Assembly: GCF_963921235.1 (NCBI RefSeq)
Contig: NC_086097.1
Span: 43,836,001-43,900,000 of the forward strand
Length of the DNA stretch: 64,000 nt
Source: Mobula hypostoma
Taxonomy: Eukaryota
Reading direction: 5' to 3'
Part shown: positions 1 through 13,600 of the stretch, piece by piece
Numbering within the stretch: position 1 is the first letter of the stretch
Layout: each line of letters begins with the position of its first letter
Notes under the pieces: generated by a model
Seen by the model: only the letters and a program-made list of their open reading frames with translations
What the model was told of the DNA's origin: nothing
The model's database searches: none
Program-made: the position numbers and the translations under genes

Positions 1-891
1 GAACATGGGAGTCTGCCATCTGCAGCTTCCTTCCATCCCAGTCTGGAGAATAGTTTATGATCGTTCCTTCTTCATCTCTTGCTCAAGATCTTGTAACTGC
101 CTATCCAACAACACTGTTGTTCGATCTTCTCCACCTGGATGTAGCAGATTTAAAAAGATTGCTTATCACAGCCTTCTCATCGACAATTAGAGATGGACGC
201 TAAATGCTGCCTGTTCAAAGATATCTAAATGCTATAACTTAGTTCATTCAATGGTAGAATTATGTCAGACGCACAACGTAGAAACATCCTATTCAGCCAA
301 TTGTTCCATGTTGTTCTTCATGCTTCATTGAGCTTCAGCTCATCTTAGTGAACTAACCTATTTATTTACTTCCCTTTTGTTTACCAGCTTCCCATCAAAC
401 TTTGTCTGCTTCCTAGAACAATCAAGACACATTCCTTTGCTTGCTGTAATCCCAACAGCCCTGTATCTTTTTCAGCTTCAAATTCTCATCCTCAAAAACG
501 CAACAACCTCTGCCAAGTATGTAATGTTCTAATGCTCTGCATAATGACATTTCACGTACATTTCTGTTCATTTCTTAATAGGAACTTTAAAATGATGGCT
601 AAACATTATCTCCTAAACCAGGCGAAGTACCTTTTTTCCTATTCACTCCATCGAAGCTCAATATCATGTTAAGCTCTTTACTAAAAATTCTATTTTTTGT
701 TTTCTCATGAGTCAATTAGCTCCTTGGCATCATCCTAGTACAACTTTACTGTGACAACTTCCTCTTTCAATGGTTACCCAAGACTGCACTAAGTATGACC
801 TAACAATTAATATAGCAATAGTTCTTGTTCTGATTATCTCTATTTATAAACACAAAGCTTGGGTTTTCTACTACAGCCAAGGAATTATATA

Positions 892-980
892 CTCCAGAGA
901 TTCTTCAGATGCTGGAAGTCCAGAAGAACACACACAAAGCGTTGGAGGAACTCAGCAGGTGAGGCAGCATCTATGGAAAT
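892..980 (-). repeat. Degenerate Penelope-like terminal fragment
   Basis: cagatgctggaagtccagaagaacacacacaaagcgttggaggaactcagcagg matches the terminus attached to the GIY-YIG-bearing copies at 14608 and 44428. Confidence 0.65.
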
Positions 981-2699
981 GTATCCGGGTTAACTGTATC
1001 TCTTCTATTTCTCTCTATTGAGTATACAGCCCTGTTCTCCCCTTTCCTCCCAAATGTATTACCTTACACTTGCTTTTTAATAAATCCCCCATCAGTTTAT
1101 CTGCTAACATATCCAACTTTCCCTGGAGTCCTTTCCATATTTCCTTCATTGCTAAACTGTCTACTTGGTATTTTGATAATGTGGTTCATTAGATATTATC
1201 TCACATATATATTTAAATGAAAAAGCTGTGGTCTAATATCATTCTTCTGAAGGTAACAGAGTCTGCTTTTGATACAAGAATAAAGTGAACACGTAAAATG
1301 AAAAACTCATAACATATGGCATTCTAGTGTCCGTCTCAAGAAGGTCTTTTGTGATAGTATTTAAATATGTGGTCATAGAAAATAGAAAATACCAAGGTTG
1401 GCATCAAACACAAACAATGGACAAGAGTCCTGTTACTTGTTTTGTATTCATATTTCATACTCATGAAAGGAAGAATGCTACTTGGCCTATCTATGTGGAA
1501 ATCATTCTTCTCAAATCCCATTCTTCCACTTATTTCCCTGTAACACACGCCCTTTCACGTGCACATCAGCTATTTAGTTCTCCTACCACTCACCCACACC
1601 TGAGGCAACTGATAATGTTGAATTTATTTACAAAGGAGGGAAACAAGAACACCTAGGAAATTTAAGGGGATGGGAGTGGGGTGGAATGTATCGATTTCAA
1701 ACAGTGCCGTATTTAGGATCAAATACAGGCCAGTGGAGTGTGGGTTGGATACACTATCTGTTGTGCCACTGGAAATATTGCTTTCTACCATCTCTATTTG
1801 ACCTTCTAACTCCTGAAAACCACACAATTCTTAAATATTCTGATGAGGCCTGAATTTCAACTACTCAGCAATTTATTGTAGAATTCTGTTCTTCCCAGAT
1901 TCTCAACTCCCCAATTAATTTGTAATATATTCAATTAATAGTGCAGATCGCTGTTCTGCTCTACGTCTTTGATTTTCTTTGACTGAAAGCACTTTTTTTC
2001 TGTGAATTGAGGTTTGCGTCATGGCAGTAGAGAGCAGATGGAAGTGTGGGTGTGCATTGGTATTGATGTGTTGGTGTGGATCTGTTGGCATGGATTGGGT
2101 TAATGTTGGTTTGATGCTCATGCTGGTGAGGATCAAATTCACTTCTCCAGAATTCGGGTTACCAATGGGTCATATTTGAACAGGGCTTAAAATGCTTCAT
2201 GAAATGATTAAAATCTGTAATCTAAATTAGTTTTAAGATTATGCTTTGGAAAATATGCTATTGTAGAATAACAGTATAAATAAAAATCAATGCAAACTTC
2301 CTTGCACATTTTTCAATTTCTATATGACAATGGATAATTCATATAACAACAATAGGAAAATTCTAATGCAGCACCTCAGGGCCAAAGTAAATACATGATG
2401 GTAGTCATACAATGTGACTTTAGAAACTGTAGTGCAATGTAAATAATAAACCTGACAAATGGGAACATAGCAGCCAGTCTTTATAATGCAAAATAAGCAG
2501 ATATTAAAAGTGGCATACCTATATTTATTTTTTATAAACATTAAACGCAAAGATGAGATGGAATCTCAAATATCCACTGCAAAGGAAGAAATCACCTTCT
2601 CCATGTGGATAGCAATAGTAATAACTTATTTAAAAAGCACTTTTCTTACAGATAATGCAGTTCAAAGTGCTTTACAGTGGGATAAAGTGCAAACATAAA

Positions 2700-4240
2700 A
2701 ATAGAAACCATAGAAACCATAGAAAAAGTACAGCACAGAATCAGGCCTTTTGGCCCTTCTTGGCTGTGCCAAACTATTTTCTGCCTAGTCCCACTGACCT
2801 GCACACGGACCATATCCCTCCATACACCTCCCATCCATGTATCCGTCCAATTTATTCTTAAATGTTAAAAAAGAAACGCATTTACCACCTCATCTGGCAG
2901 CTCATTCCACACTCCCACCACTCTCTGTGTGAAGAAGCCCCCGCAATGTTCCCTTTAAACTTTTCCCCCCTCACCCTTAACCCATGTCCTCTGGTTTTTT
3001 TCTCCCCTTGCCTCAGTGGAAAAAGCCTGCTTGCATTCACTCTATCTATACCTATCATAATTTTATATACCTCTATCAAATCTCCCCTCATTCTTCTACG
3101 CTCCAGGGAATAAAGTCCTAACCTATTCGACCTTTCTCTGTAACTGAGTTTCTCAAGTCCCAGCAACATCCTTGTAAACCTTCTCTGCACTCTTTCAACC
3201 TTATGACTATCCTTCCTTGAATTTGGTGACCAAAACTGAACACAATACTCAAGATTTGGCCTCACCAATGCCTTATACAACCTCATCATAACATTCCAAC
3301 TCTTATACTCAATACTTTGATTAATAAAGGCCAATGTACCAAAAGCTCTCTTTACGTCCCTATCCACCTGTGATGCCACTTTTAGGGAATTTTGTATCTG
3401 TATTCCCAGATCCCTCTGTTCCACTGCACTCCTCAGTGCCTTACCATTTACCCCGTTATGTTCTACCTTGGTTTGTCCTTCCAAAGTGCAATACCTCACA
3501 CTTGTCTGTATTAAACTCCATTTGCCATTTTTCAGCCCATTTTTCCAGCTGGTCCAAATCCCTCTGCAAACTTTAAAAACCTTTCTCACTGTTCACTACA
3601 CCTCCAATCTTTGTATCATCAGCAAATTTGCTGATCCAATTTACCACATTATCATCCAGATCATTGATATAGATGACAAATAACAATGGACCCAGCACTG
3701 ATCCCTGTGGCACACCACTAGTCACAGGCCTCCACTCGGAGAAGCAATTCTCTACTACCACTCTTTGGCTTCTTCCACTGAGCCAATGTCTAATCCAATT
3801 TACCACCTCTTCATGTAGACCTAGCGAATGAATTTTCCTAACTAACTTCCCATGCGGGACCTTGTCAAAGGCCTTACTGAAGTCCATGTAGACAACATCC
3901 ACTGCCTTCCCTTCATCCACTTTCCTGGTAATCTCCTCGAAAAACTCCAATAGATTGGTCAAACATGACCTACCACGCAGAAAGCCATGTTGACTCTCCC
4001 TAATAAGTCCCTGTATATCCAAGTGCTTGTAGATTCTGTCTCTTAGTACTCCCTCCAATAACTTACCCACTACCAACGTCAAATTTACCGGCCTATAATT
4101 TCCCGGATTACTTTTCGATCCTTTTTTAAACAACGGAACGGCATGAGCCATTCTCCAATCGTCCGGCTCCTCACCTGTAGACATCGACATTTTAAATATA
4201 TCTGCCAGGGCCCCTGCAATTTGAACACTAGTCTCCTTCA
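2700..4240 (-). mobile_element. CR1 LINE, 5'-truncated (RT to 3' UTR), frameshifted
   Basis: ORFs 3573-4343 and 2882-3589 carry YRPVNLT, YMDFSKAFDKVPH, GVPQGSVLGP, KFADDTK and LVRPNLEYCVQFWSP; microsatellite tail (atagaaacc)n at 2701-2725. Confidence 0.95.
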
Positions 4241-4790
4241 TGGTTGAGAAAAAAGAGAGAGAAAGAAAGGGGAAAATAAATAAATAAATAAGGAATGGGG
4301 TAAGAAGGGGAGGAGGGGCATTAACAGAAGTTAGAGAAGTCAATGTTCATGCCGTCAGGTTGGAGGCTACCTGGATGGAATATAAGGTGTTGTTCCTCCA
4401 ACCTGAGTGTGGCTCTCTCTCTTTTTTCTCCCTCTGTCCCTCTCACTATATCTTCCTCTGGTGCTCCCCTCCCCCTTTCTTTCCCCCTAGGCCTCATGTC
4501 CCATGATCCTCTCCCTTCTCCAGCCTTGTATCCTTTTGCCAATCAACTTTCCAGCTCTTAGCTCTATCCCTCCCCCTCCTGTCTTCTCCTATCATTTCGG
4601 ATCTCCCCCCTCCCCCTCCCACTTTCAAATCTCTTACTATCTCTTCTTTCAGTTAGTCCTCCTGACGAAGGGTCTCGGCCTGAAACGTCGACTGTACCCC
4701 TTCCTATAGACGCTGCCTGACCTGCTGCGTTCCACCAGTATTTTGTGTGTGTTGCTTGAAATTCCAGCATCTGCAGATTTCCTCATGTTT
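4241..4790. mobile_element. Penelope-like element fragment with 5' inversion (GIY-YIG C-terminus on minus 4241-4414; 3' UTR and terminus on plus 4415-4790)
   Basis: Minus strand encodes ATLRLEEQHLIFHPGSLQPDGMNIDFSNF, the same C-terminus as ORF 63529-63855; the plus part matches the 3' UTR at 63900-64000 and carries the hammerhead motif. Confidence 0.88.
4655..4693 (+). ncRNA. Minimal type-I hammerhead ribozyme motif in Penelope terminus
   Basis: AGUC-(cuc)-CUGACGA-A-GGGU-CUCG-GCCU-GAAA-CGU-C-GACU: core CUGANGA and GAAA, stem I AGUC/GACU, palindromic ACGU stem III, GUC site; a 3-nt duplication separates stem I from the core. Confidence 0.7.
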
Positions 4791-5480
4791 GAGATGATAC
4801 TACTGTTGTTTGTTAAAATTTCAGATGGTGACAAGGAGGTGTGCAGAAATGAAGTAGATTGGCTGATTGTGTGATGTCGTAACATCAACCTTGCACAGTA
4901 ACAGCAAGACCAAGGAATTGATTGTGGACGTCTGGAAGGGAAAGTCAGGAAAACACACATCAGCTCTCATGGATGGTGAAAGGGTAAGCAGCTTTAAGTT
5001 ACTGGGTGTCAACATCTTGGAGGATCTGTGCTGGGCCAAATGCATTTATACAATCACAAAGAAATGACACGACAGCACTACTTTATTCACTACTACCATC
5101 AAGGGAGGATATTGAAGATTTACTTAATTATCACCTGTACATTGAAACATACACTGAAATGCACTGTTTGCATTAACAATCAATATACCTAAGAATGTGC
5201 TGGGGGCAGCCCGCAAATGTTGTCAAACATTCTGGCGCCAACATGGCATGCCCACAACGATGAGGTGCAGAAGCCTGAAGACCCACACTCAGTGAATCAG
5301 AAATAGCTTCTTCCCCTCTGCCATCAGATTTCTGAACCAGCCATTATCTCATTGTTGCACTTCATCTGCACTATTCATTTTGTGATTCATTGTAATTTTA
5401 TGCCTTTGCACTGTCCTGCTGCAGCTAAACAACACATTTTATGTCATATGAGATAGTGACAGTAAATCTGATTTTGATTC
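4790..5480 (+). mobile_element. Degraded Rex1/Babar-like LINE 3' portion
   Basis: ORF 4867-5067 SKTKELIVD...ERVSSFKLLGVNILEDL; RSLKTHT/NSFFPSAIR-like remnant; tail aaatctgattttgattct. Confidence 0.7.
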
Positions 5481-5589
5481 TCAATTACACCATAGAACCA
5501 AACAACAGTAATTGAATGTGTAATCTGGATTGCCACCATAAAATTGTCATTTGTTGGACACATGTCAACACGATGTTCTGAAAGTTGGT

Positions 5590-6845
5590 TTAGAATGGAA
5601 CACAGCACTAGCCTTTTGGCCCAGTGATATTGTGCCAATCCTTTAACCTACCCTAAGATCAATCTAACTATTCCTGACCACAAAGGCCCTCCATTTTTCT
5701 TACACACATGTGCTCATCCAAGAGGCTCTCAAATCTTCCTGCTGTATGTGTCTCTACCACCACCACTGGCAGTGTGTTCTACCACATCTACCACTCTCTG
5801 CATGAAAAACCTACCCCTGACATCCCCCCTATACTTTCCTCCAAATGCCTTAAAGTTATGCCCCTTTGTATTAGCTATTTCCATCCTGGAAAAAATTAAC
5901 TCTGTAGTTTGTCTTCAGGTTTGACCTTCCAAAGTGAATCACTTCACACTTTTCTGGGTTGATCTCCATCTGCCACTTCTGCTAGAGCTGGCCCCTCTAG
6001 CTGGAGAATTTACAGCTTATAGCAAGGAAATATGTCCTTTGGCCAAACATCTCCATTAACTCTAAACCAGTTGCCTACCTACCTGTCCTACTTGCCTACA
6101 TTTGGACCACATCTCATGAAATCTTTACTATCCACTTGCCTATCCAAATGTCTTTTAAACAATGCAACTGCACTTGTCTCTACAACTTCCTCTGGCAACT
6201 CATTCCATGTGCCCACCACACAGGTGCCCTTTAAATCTTCCCCTTCTTACTTTAAACCTATGTCCTCCAGCTTTGGACTCTCCTACCCTGGGAAAAAGAC
6301 AGTGACATTCACATTATCTATTTGCTTTATAATTTTGTATATCTTTAAGGTCACCCCTCAGCCTATCCAGTTTCTCATATCTCAAGCCTTTCTTCCCTGG
6401 TAACACCCTTGTGATTTGTCTCTGCACCTATTCCAGTTTCATGACATCCTTCCCTTAGCTGGGTGACTAGAACTACATACAATACTCCCAAGTATTGTCA
6501 CATCAAAGTCTTGTAGAATTGTAACGTCAACTCTTATACCCAATATTCTGACCAATGAAGGTGAGAGTGCCAAATGCCTTCTTCACCAGCCTGTCTGTTT
6601 CTGTAACCATTTTCAGGGAACTATATACTTGTACCCCTATATTTCTCTGTTCTACAATACTCTCCAGGTCCCTGCCGTATACTCTACAAGTCTTGCCTTG
6701 GTTTAATTTACCAGAATGTAACACTTCGCTCTTTCCCAGGTTAAATTTCATCCGCCATTTCCTGGCCCATTTTCCTAGCTGATCAGTATCTTGTTATAAT
6801 CTTTGGTAACTCTACTACTAATTTTGGTGTCATCTGCAAACCTTC
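5590..6845 (-). mobile_element. Old CR1 LINE fragments (several 3' pieces)
   Basis: ORF 6527-6751 MKFNLGKSEVLHSGKLNQG...VKKAFGTLTFIGQNIGYKS; CR1-type 3' UTR remnants at ~5595 and ~6020. Confidence 0.7.
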
Positions 6846-7089
6846 TGTCAAGAATTAAGGGATGAGGGAACAAGGGGTTGGCCATTGAGTGGAGGAAATA
6901 TTTTTTTGATACAGAACATAGATGTTTTTTTCACCTGATTGATCAAAGAAGAATGGATTCAGACAGTAATACAGAATAGAAATTGGCCAACTATTCCATG
7001 CTAGTGATATTGATATCAGAGAAAACCTGAGGGACAGATGGCTGTTTCCATTTTTTAAAGCTGTAGTTTAGTTGTTTCCAGAGCACTGA

Positions 7090-7160
7090 GGAAAGACTTG
7101 CAATTATATAGCACCTTTCATGACCACAGGAAGTCACAAAGCACTTCACAGCCAATTGCC
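7090..7160 (-). repeat. DeuSINE/SacSINE-like 3' tail remnant
   Basis: gaaagacttgcaattatatagcacctttcatgacc...caaagcacttcacagccaat resembles the reverse complement of the chondrichthyan Deu-domain SINE tail (recognised from memory). Confidence 0.5.
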
Positions 7161-8084
7161 TTGGGATTTCCTGTGGTTATGAAGGGTACCTTCTGAAGTG
7201 CTGCAGTAGATGAAGCCTTCCCTAGTGGAGTACAGTGTGTATAATACTCACAGTATTTGTATAGGTCTGCAATTAGGTAATGTATCCAGTGCTTAGACAG
7301 GAGCACCTTGTGGAGTGGTCACTTAGGAGTGCGTTTCTTAGTTGTTCACGCATCAATTGCTTTACTACTTATGCCTGTCTTACTAACTTTGATCAACTAA
7401 ATGCATTCAAGAGATGAGAATCAAGTAAAGTAATACTCAGCCTACTAGCCCGGTATAATTTGGGCACTGCTCCTATTTAAATAACAATAGATAGACACCA
7501 CATTTCAACCTAACTGTACGGATGTTTTAGGAGGGAGCAAAAGGAACCATGAACATGGAAATGTTTCTTTCCTGATAAGATATTTATCTGTGTGGCTTCT
7601 CAGAAGAAAAAGGTAAAGGATCATATTGGCTATTCACCACAAAGTGAATATTCTATAACAAGATCTCATTCAGTACTTATGAAGGAGATATTTTTGATTA
7701 TTGGAGTTCTTTAACCTAGAGAACATATTATTGACTTGACTGAACAAAATATTCTTTAATGTTTAACTTGTAAACATAATTGCAGCTCAGTTGCTCAAAC
7801 AACATTATCGACAACTTCATTAAACATTACTCAAAAATTGCATGTTCAGTTTGAAAACGAATTTTGCTTCAAACATAATATTGATTGTTCATCTTAGAAG
7901 TGTAAACAATTTCAAAGTGAAATGTCAATTGTTATCGTAAAGAAGTTTAATAGGGTTTAGCTGTCCTTAAATAACCACTAGTTTTTATTCATTTATAGAT
8001 AACTCATTGGACTATTGCAATCAATTGGTGTAAGAAAACTTCTTAGAAGTTTTTTTTCTAAGCACATTGGAAATAGTACACTAA

Positions 8085-10381
8085 CGTTAAGGATGCATAC
8101 AGCTCCTCTCCCCTCCCCCATTGGGAAGGTCAGATCACAACCTGGTGCATCTAAAACCCTGCTACGTGCCTCTGGTGAAGAGTAAACCTGCAACCTCGAG
8201 GACAGTGAGGAAATGGTCAGAGGAGGCTTATGGGACGCTCCAGGGTTGTTTTGAGGTGACAGACTGGCAAGCACTCTGTGAGCCACATGGAGAGGATATT
8301 GATGGGCTCACAGAGTGCATCACTGATTACACAAACTTCTGTGTGGACTGCAATGTTCCGACAAGGACTGTCCTTTGTTATTCAAATAACAAGTCATGGG
8401 TGACAAAGGACATTAAGGACATCCTGAATGCTAAAAAGAGGGCGTTTAGAGATGGAGAGAGGGAGGAGCTGAGGACAATACGGAGGGACCTGAAAGCCAG
8501 GATCAGGGAGGCTAAAGACAGGTACAGGAGGAAGCTTGAGTGGAAACTCCAGCAGAACAACATGAGAGAGGTCTGGAGGGGGATGAGGACCATCACCGGG
8601 TTCCGGCAAACTAGCAACAGTGGAGCTGAAGGCAGTGTGGACAGGGTCAACGAACTTAACCTTTAACAGATTTGACATTGTGACCCCTGCCCATCCCCAC
8701 ATGAGCCATCTGTTGTCGGCCTCCAACCAACACATATTCCACTCTCCCCTCCTACCCCTCCTCACAGTCCCCCACCCTGATCTCATGACTATACCCCTTC
8801 CCCACACGAAACCACCACGGTGGGCTTCACAGCTGAACAGGTGAGAAGACAGCTGAAATGTCTCAACCGAAGCAAGGCTGCAGGACTGGATGGTGTCAGT
8901 ACCAGGGCGCTCAAAGCCTGTGCCCCTCAGCTATGTGGAGTACTTCGCCATGTATTCAACCTGAGCCTGAGTCTCCGGAGGGTTCCTGTGCTGTGGAAGA
9001 CGTCCTGCCTCGTCCCTGTGCGGAAGACGCCGCGCCCCAGCGGCCTCAATGACTATAGACTAGTGGCATTGACCTCCCACATCATGAAGACCCTGGAGAG
9101 ACTTGTTCTGGAGCTGCTCCGGCCTATGGTCAGGCCACACTTAGATCCCCTCCAGTTCGCCCTACCAGCCCCGACTAGGAGTTGAGGATGCCATCGTCTT
9201 CCTGCTGAACCGTGTCTACACCCACCTGGACAAGCCAGCGAGCACTGTGAGGGTCATGTTTTTTGACTTCTCCAGTGAGTTCAACACCATCCACCCTGCT
9301 CTGCTGGGGGAGAAGCTGACAGCAATGCAGGTGGATGCTTCCCTGGTATCATGGATTCTTGATTACCTGACTGGCAGACCACAGTACGTGTGCTTGTAAC
9401 ACTGTGTGTCCGACAGAGTGATCAGCAGCACTGGGGCTCCACAGGGGACTGTCTTGTCTCCCCTTCTCTTCACCATTTACACCTCGGACTTCAACTACTG
9501 CACAGAGTCTTGTCATCTTCAGAAGTTTTCTGATGACTCTGCCATAGTTGGATGCATCAGCAAGGGAGATGAGGCTGAGTACAGGGCTACGGTAGGAAAC
9601 TTTGTCACATGGTGTGAGCAGAATTATCTGCAACTTAATGTGAAAAAGACTAAGGAGCTGGTGGTAGACCTGAGGAGAGCTAAGGTACCGGTGACCCCTG
9701 TTTCCATCCAGGGGTTCAGTATGGATATGGTGGAGGATTACAAGTACCTAGGGGTACGAGTTGACAATAAACTGGACTGGTCAAAGAACACTGAGGCTGT
9801 CTACAAGAAGGGTCAGAGCCGTCTCTATTTCCTGCGGAGACTGAGGTCCTTTAACACCTGCAGGACGATACTGAGGATGTTCTACGAGTCTGTGGTTGTC
9901 AGTGCAATCATGTTTGCTGTTGTGTGCTGGAGCAGCAGGCTGAGGGTAGCAGACACCAACAGAATCAACAAACTCATTCGTAAGGCCAGTGATGTTGTGG
10001 GGATGGAACTGGACTCTCTCACGGCGGTGTCTGAAAAGAGGATGCTGTCCAAGTTGCATGCCATCTTGGACAATGTCTCCCATCCACTACATAATGCACT
10101 GGGTGGACACAGGAGTACATTCAGCCAGAGACTCATTTCACCGAGATGCAACACAGAGCGTCACAGGAAGTCATTCCTGCCTGTGGCCATCAAACCTTAC
10201 AACTCCTCCCTTGGAGGGTCAGACACCCTGAGCCAATAGGCTGGTCCTGGACTTATTTCCTGGCATAAATTTACTTTTTACTATTCAACTATTTATAGTT
10301 TATTACTGTTTATTATTTATGGTGCAACTGTAACGAAAACCAATTTCCCTCGGGATCAATAAAGTATGACTATGACTATGA
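8085..10381 (+). mobile_element. Rex1/Babar LINE, 5'-truncated within the APE domain, relatively young, a few frameshifts and stops
   Basis: GRSDHNLV (APE C-terminus), DYRLVALTSHIMKTLERLV, GAPQGTVLSPLLF, KFSDDSAIVG, LYFLRRLRSF; AATAAA then (TATGAC)n tail at 10364-10381. Confidence 0.95.
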
Positions 10382-10633
10382 AAACATTCTGCACTACTTA
10401 TTGAGTCAGAAATTACTTGTGTAGACCCACTACCTTCAAATGTTGTCTATAGTTAACCTACACCTGCAGTAGGAGGTCTAGATGTGGAAAACCTATCTTT
10501 CTGGTCCTAAGCAGGAACTGAGTGATGTCATGGCCTCCCGTAGTGCATTGAAGCCTTGTTCCCAAAACACCATGTTAGTTAGTAAAATGTAAAAGCCTTG
10601 AGAGCTTTAAGGGTCACTAAGTATCTCTGATAT

Positions 10634-13600
10634 TCAGAATCAGAATCAGAATCAGGTTTATTATCACCGGCATGTGACGTGAAATTTGTTAACTTAGCAG
10701 CAGCAGTTCAATGCAATACACAATCTAGCAGAGAGAAAAAAAAAATAATAAATAAAATAAAACATAATAAATAAACAAGTAAATCAATTACATATATTGA
10801 ATAGATTTTTTAAAAATGTGCAAAAACAGAAATACTGTATATTAAAAAAAAGTGAGGTAGTGTCCAAAGATTCAATGTCCATTTAGGAATTGGACGGCAT
10901 AGGGGAAGAAGCTGTTCCTGAATTGCTGAGTGTGTGCCTTCAGGCTTCTGTACCTCCTACCTGATGGTAACAGTGAGAAAAGGGCATGCCCTGGGTGTTG
11001 GAGGTCCTTACTAATGGATGCTGCCTTTCTGAGACACCGCTCCCTAAAGGTGTCCTGGGTACTTTGTAGGCTAGTGCCCAAGATGGAGCTGACTAGATTT
11101 ACAGTCTTTTGCAGCTTCTGTCCTGAGCAGTAGCCCCTCCATACCAGACAGTGATGCAGCCTGTCAGAATGCTCTCTACGGTACAACTATAGAAGTTTTT
11201 GAGTGTATTTAGACCATAAGACCATAAGACAAAGGAGCAGAAGTAGTCCATTCAGCCCATCGAGTCTGCTCCGCCATTTTATCATGAGCTGATCCATTTT
11301 ATCCTATTTAGTCCCACTGCCCCACCTTCTCACCATAACCTTTGATGCCCTGGATACTCAGATACCTATCAACCTCTGCCTTAACTACACCCAATGACTT
11401 GGCCTCCACTGCTGCCCGTGGCAACAAATTCCATAGATTCACCACCCTCTGACTAAAAAATTTTTTTCGCATTTCTGTTCTGAAAGGGCGCCCTTCAATC
11501 CTTAAGTCATGCCCTCTCGTACTAGACTCCCCCATCATGGGAAACAACTTTGCCACATCCACTCTGTCCATGCCTTTTGAAATGTTTCTATGAGGTCTCC
11601 CCTCATTCTTCTAAACTCCAAGGAATACAGTCCAAGAGCGGACAAACGTCTCTCATATGTTAATCCTCTCATTCCCGGAATCATTCTAGTGAGTCTTCTC
11701 TGTACCCTCTCCAACGTCAGCACATCCTTTCTTAAATAAGGAGACCAAAACTGCCCACAGTACTCCAAGTGAGGTCTCACCAGCGCCTTATAGAGCCTCA
11801 ACATCACATCCCTGCTCCTATACTCTATTCCTCTAGAAATGAATGCCAACATTGCATTCACCTTCTTCACTACCGACTCAACCTGGAGGTTAACTTTAAG
11901 GGAATCCTGTACGAGGACTCCCAAATCCCGTTGTATCTCAGAACTTTGAATTCTTTTCCCATTTAAAGAATAGTCTGCCCGTTTATTTTTTCTGCCAAAG
12001 TGCATAACTATACACTTTCCAACATTGTACTTCATTTGCCACTTCTCTGCCCATTCTTCCAATCTATCCAAGTCTCTCTGCAGACTCTCCGTTTCCTCAG
12101 CACTACCGGCCCCTCCACCTATCTTCGTATCGTCAGCAAACTTAGCCACAAAGCCATCTATTCCATAATCCAAATCGTTGATGTACAATGTAAAAAGAAG
12201 CGGCCCCAACACTGATCCCTGTGGAACACCACTGGTAACCGGCAGCCAACCAGAATAGGATCCCTTTATTCCCACTCTCTGTTTCCTGCCAATCAGTCAA
12301 TGCTCTATCCACGTATGTAACTTTCCTTTAATTCCATGGGTTCTTATTTTGTTAGCAGCCTCATGTGTGGCACCTTGTCAAAGGCCTTCTGAAAATCCAA
12401 ATATACAACATCCACTGCATCTCCCTTGTCTAGCCTACTGGTAATTTCCTCAAAAAATTGTAATAGGTTTGTCAGGCAGGATTTTCCTTTAAGGAATCCA
12501 TGCTGAGTTCTGCCTATCTTGTCATATGCCTCCAGGTACTCTGTAACCTTATCCTTGACAATCCACTCCAACAACTTCCCAACCACCGACGTCAAGCTAA
12601 CAGGTCTATAATTTCCTTTTTGCTTCCTTGCCCTCTTCTTAAATAGCGGAGTGACATTTGCAATCTTCCAGTCTTCCGGAACCATGCCAGAATCTATCGA
12701 CTTTTGAAAGATCATCGCTAATGCCTCTGCAATCTCCACAGCTACTTCCTTCAGAACACGAGGGTGCATTCCATCTGGTCCAGGAGATTTATCGACCTTT
12801 AGCCTATTCAGCTTCCTGAGTTACTTTCTCTGTCATAATTGTGACTGCGCACACTTCTCTTCCCTGCCACCCTTGAGTGTCCGGTATCCTGCTGTCTTCC
12901 TCAATGAAGACTGATGCAAAATACTTGTTCAGTTCCTCTGCCATCTCCTCATCTCCCATTACAATTTCTCCAGTATCATTTTCTATCGGTCCTATATCTA
13001 CTCTCACCTGTCTTTTACTCTTTATATACTTGAAAAAGCTTTTAGTATCCTCTTTGATATTATTTGCTAGTTTCCTTTCATAGTTAATCTTTTCTCTCTT
13101 AATGACCTCCTTGGTTTCCTTTTGTAAGGTTTTAAAGACTTCCCAATCCTCTGTCTTCCCACTAATTTTTGCTTCCTTGTATGCCCTCTCCTTAGCTTAA
13201 ACTTTGGCTTTGACTTCTCTTGTCAACCACGGTTGCATCCTTTTTCCACTCGAAAATTTCTTCTTTTTTGGAATATACCTGTCTTGCACATTCCTCATTT
13301 CTTGCATAAGCTCCAGCCACTGCCGCTCTGCCGTCTTTCCCGCCAGTGTCTCTTTCCAGTCAACTTTGGCCAGTTCCTCTCTCATGCCACTGTAGTTTCC
13401 TTTACTCCACTGAAACACCGACACATCAGATTTCGGCTTCTCTTTTTCTAATTTCACAGTGAACTCAATCATGTTATGATCACTGCCTCCTAAGGGTTCC
13501 TTCACCTCAATCTCTCCAATCACCTCCGGTTCATTACACAATACCCAATCCAGTTCAGCTGATCCTCTAGTGGGCTCAACAATAAGCTGTTCTAAAAAGC

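Noticed and set aside
57..135. Possible minus-strand coding exon (GEDRTTVLLDRQLQDLEQEMKKERS*) after a cag acceptor
   Set aside because: Short, unrecognised and at the window edge, with too little support.
3573..4343. ORF with a hydrophobic signal-like N-terminus fused to an RT
   Set aside because: The N-terminus is translated pyrimidine-rich Penelope 3' UTR abutting a truncated CR1.
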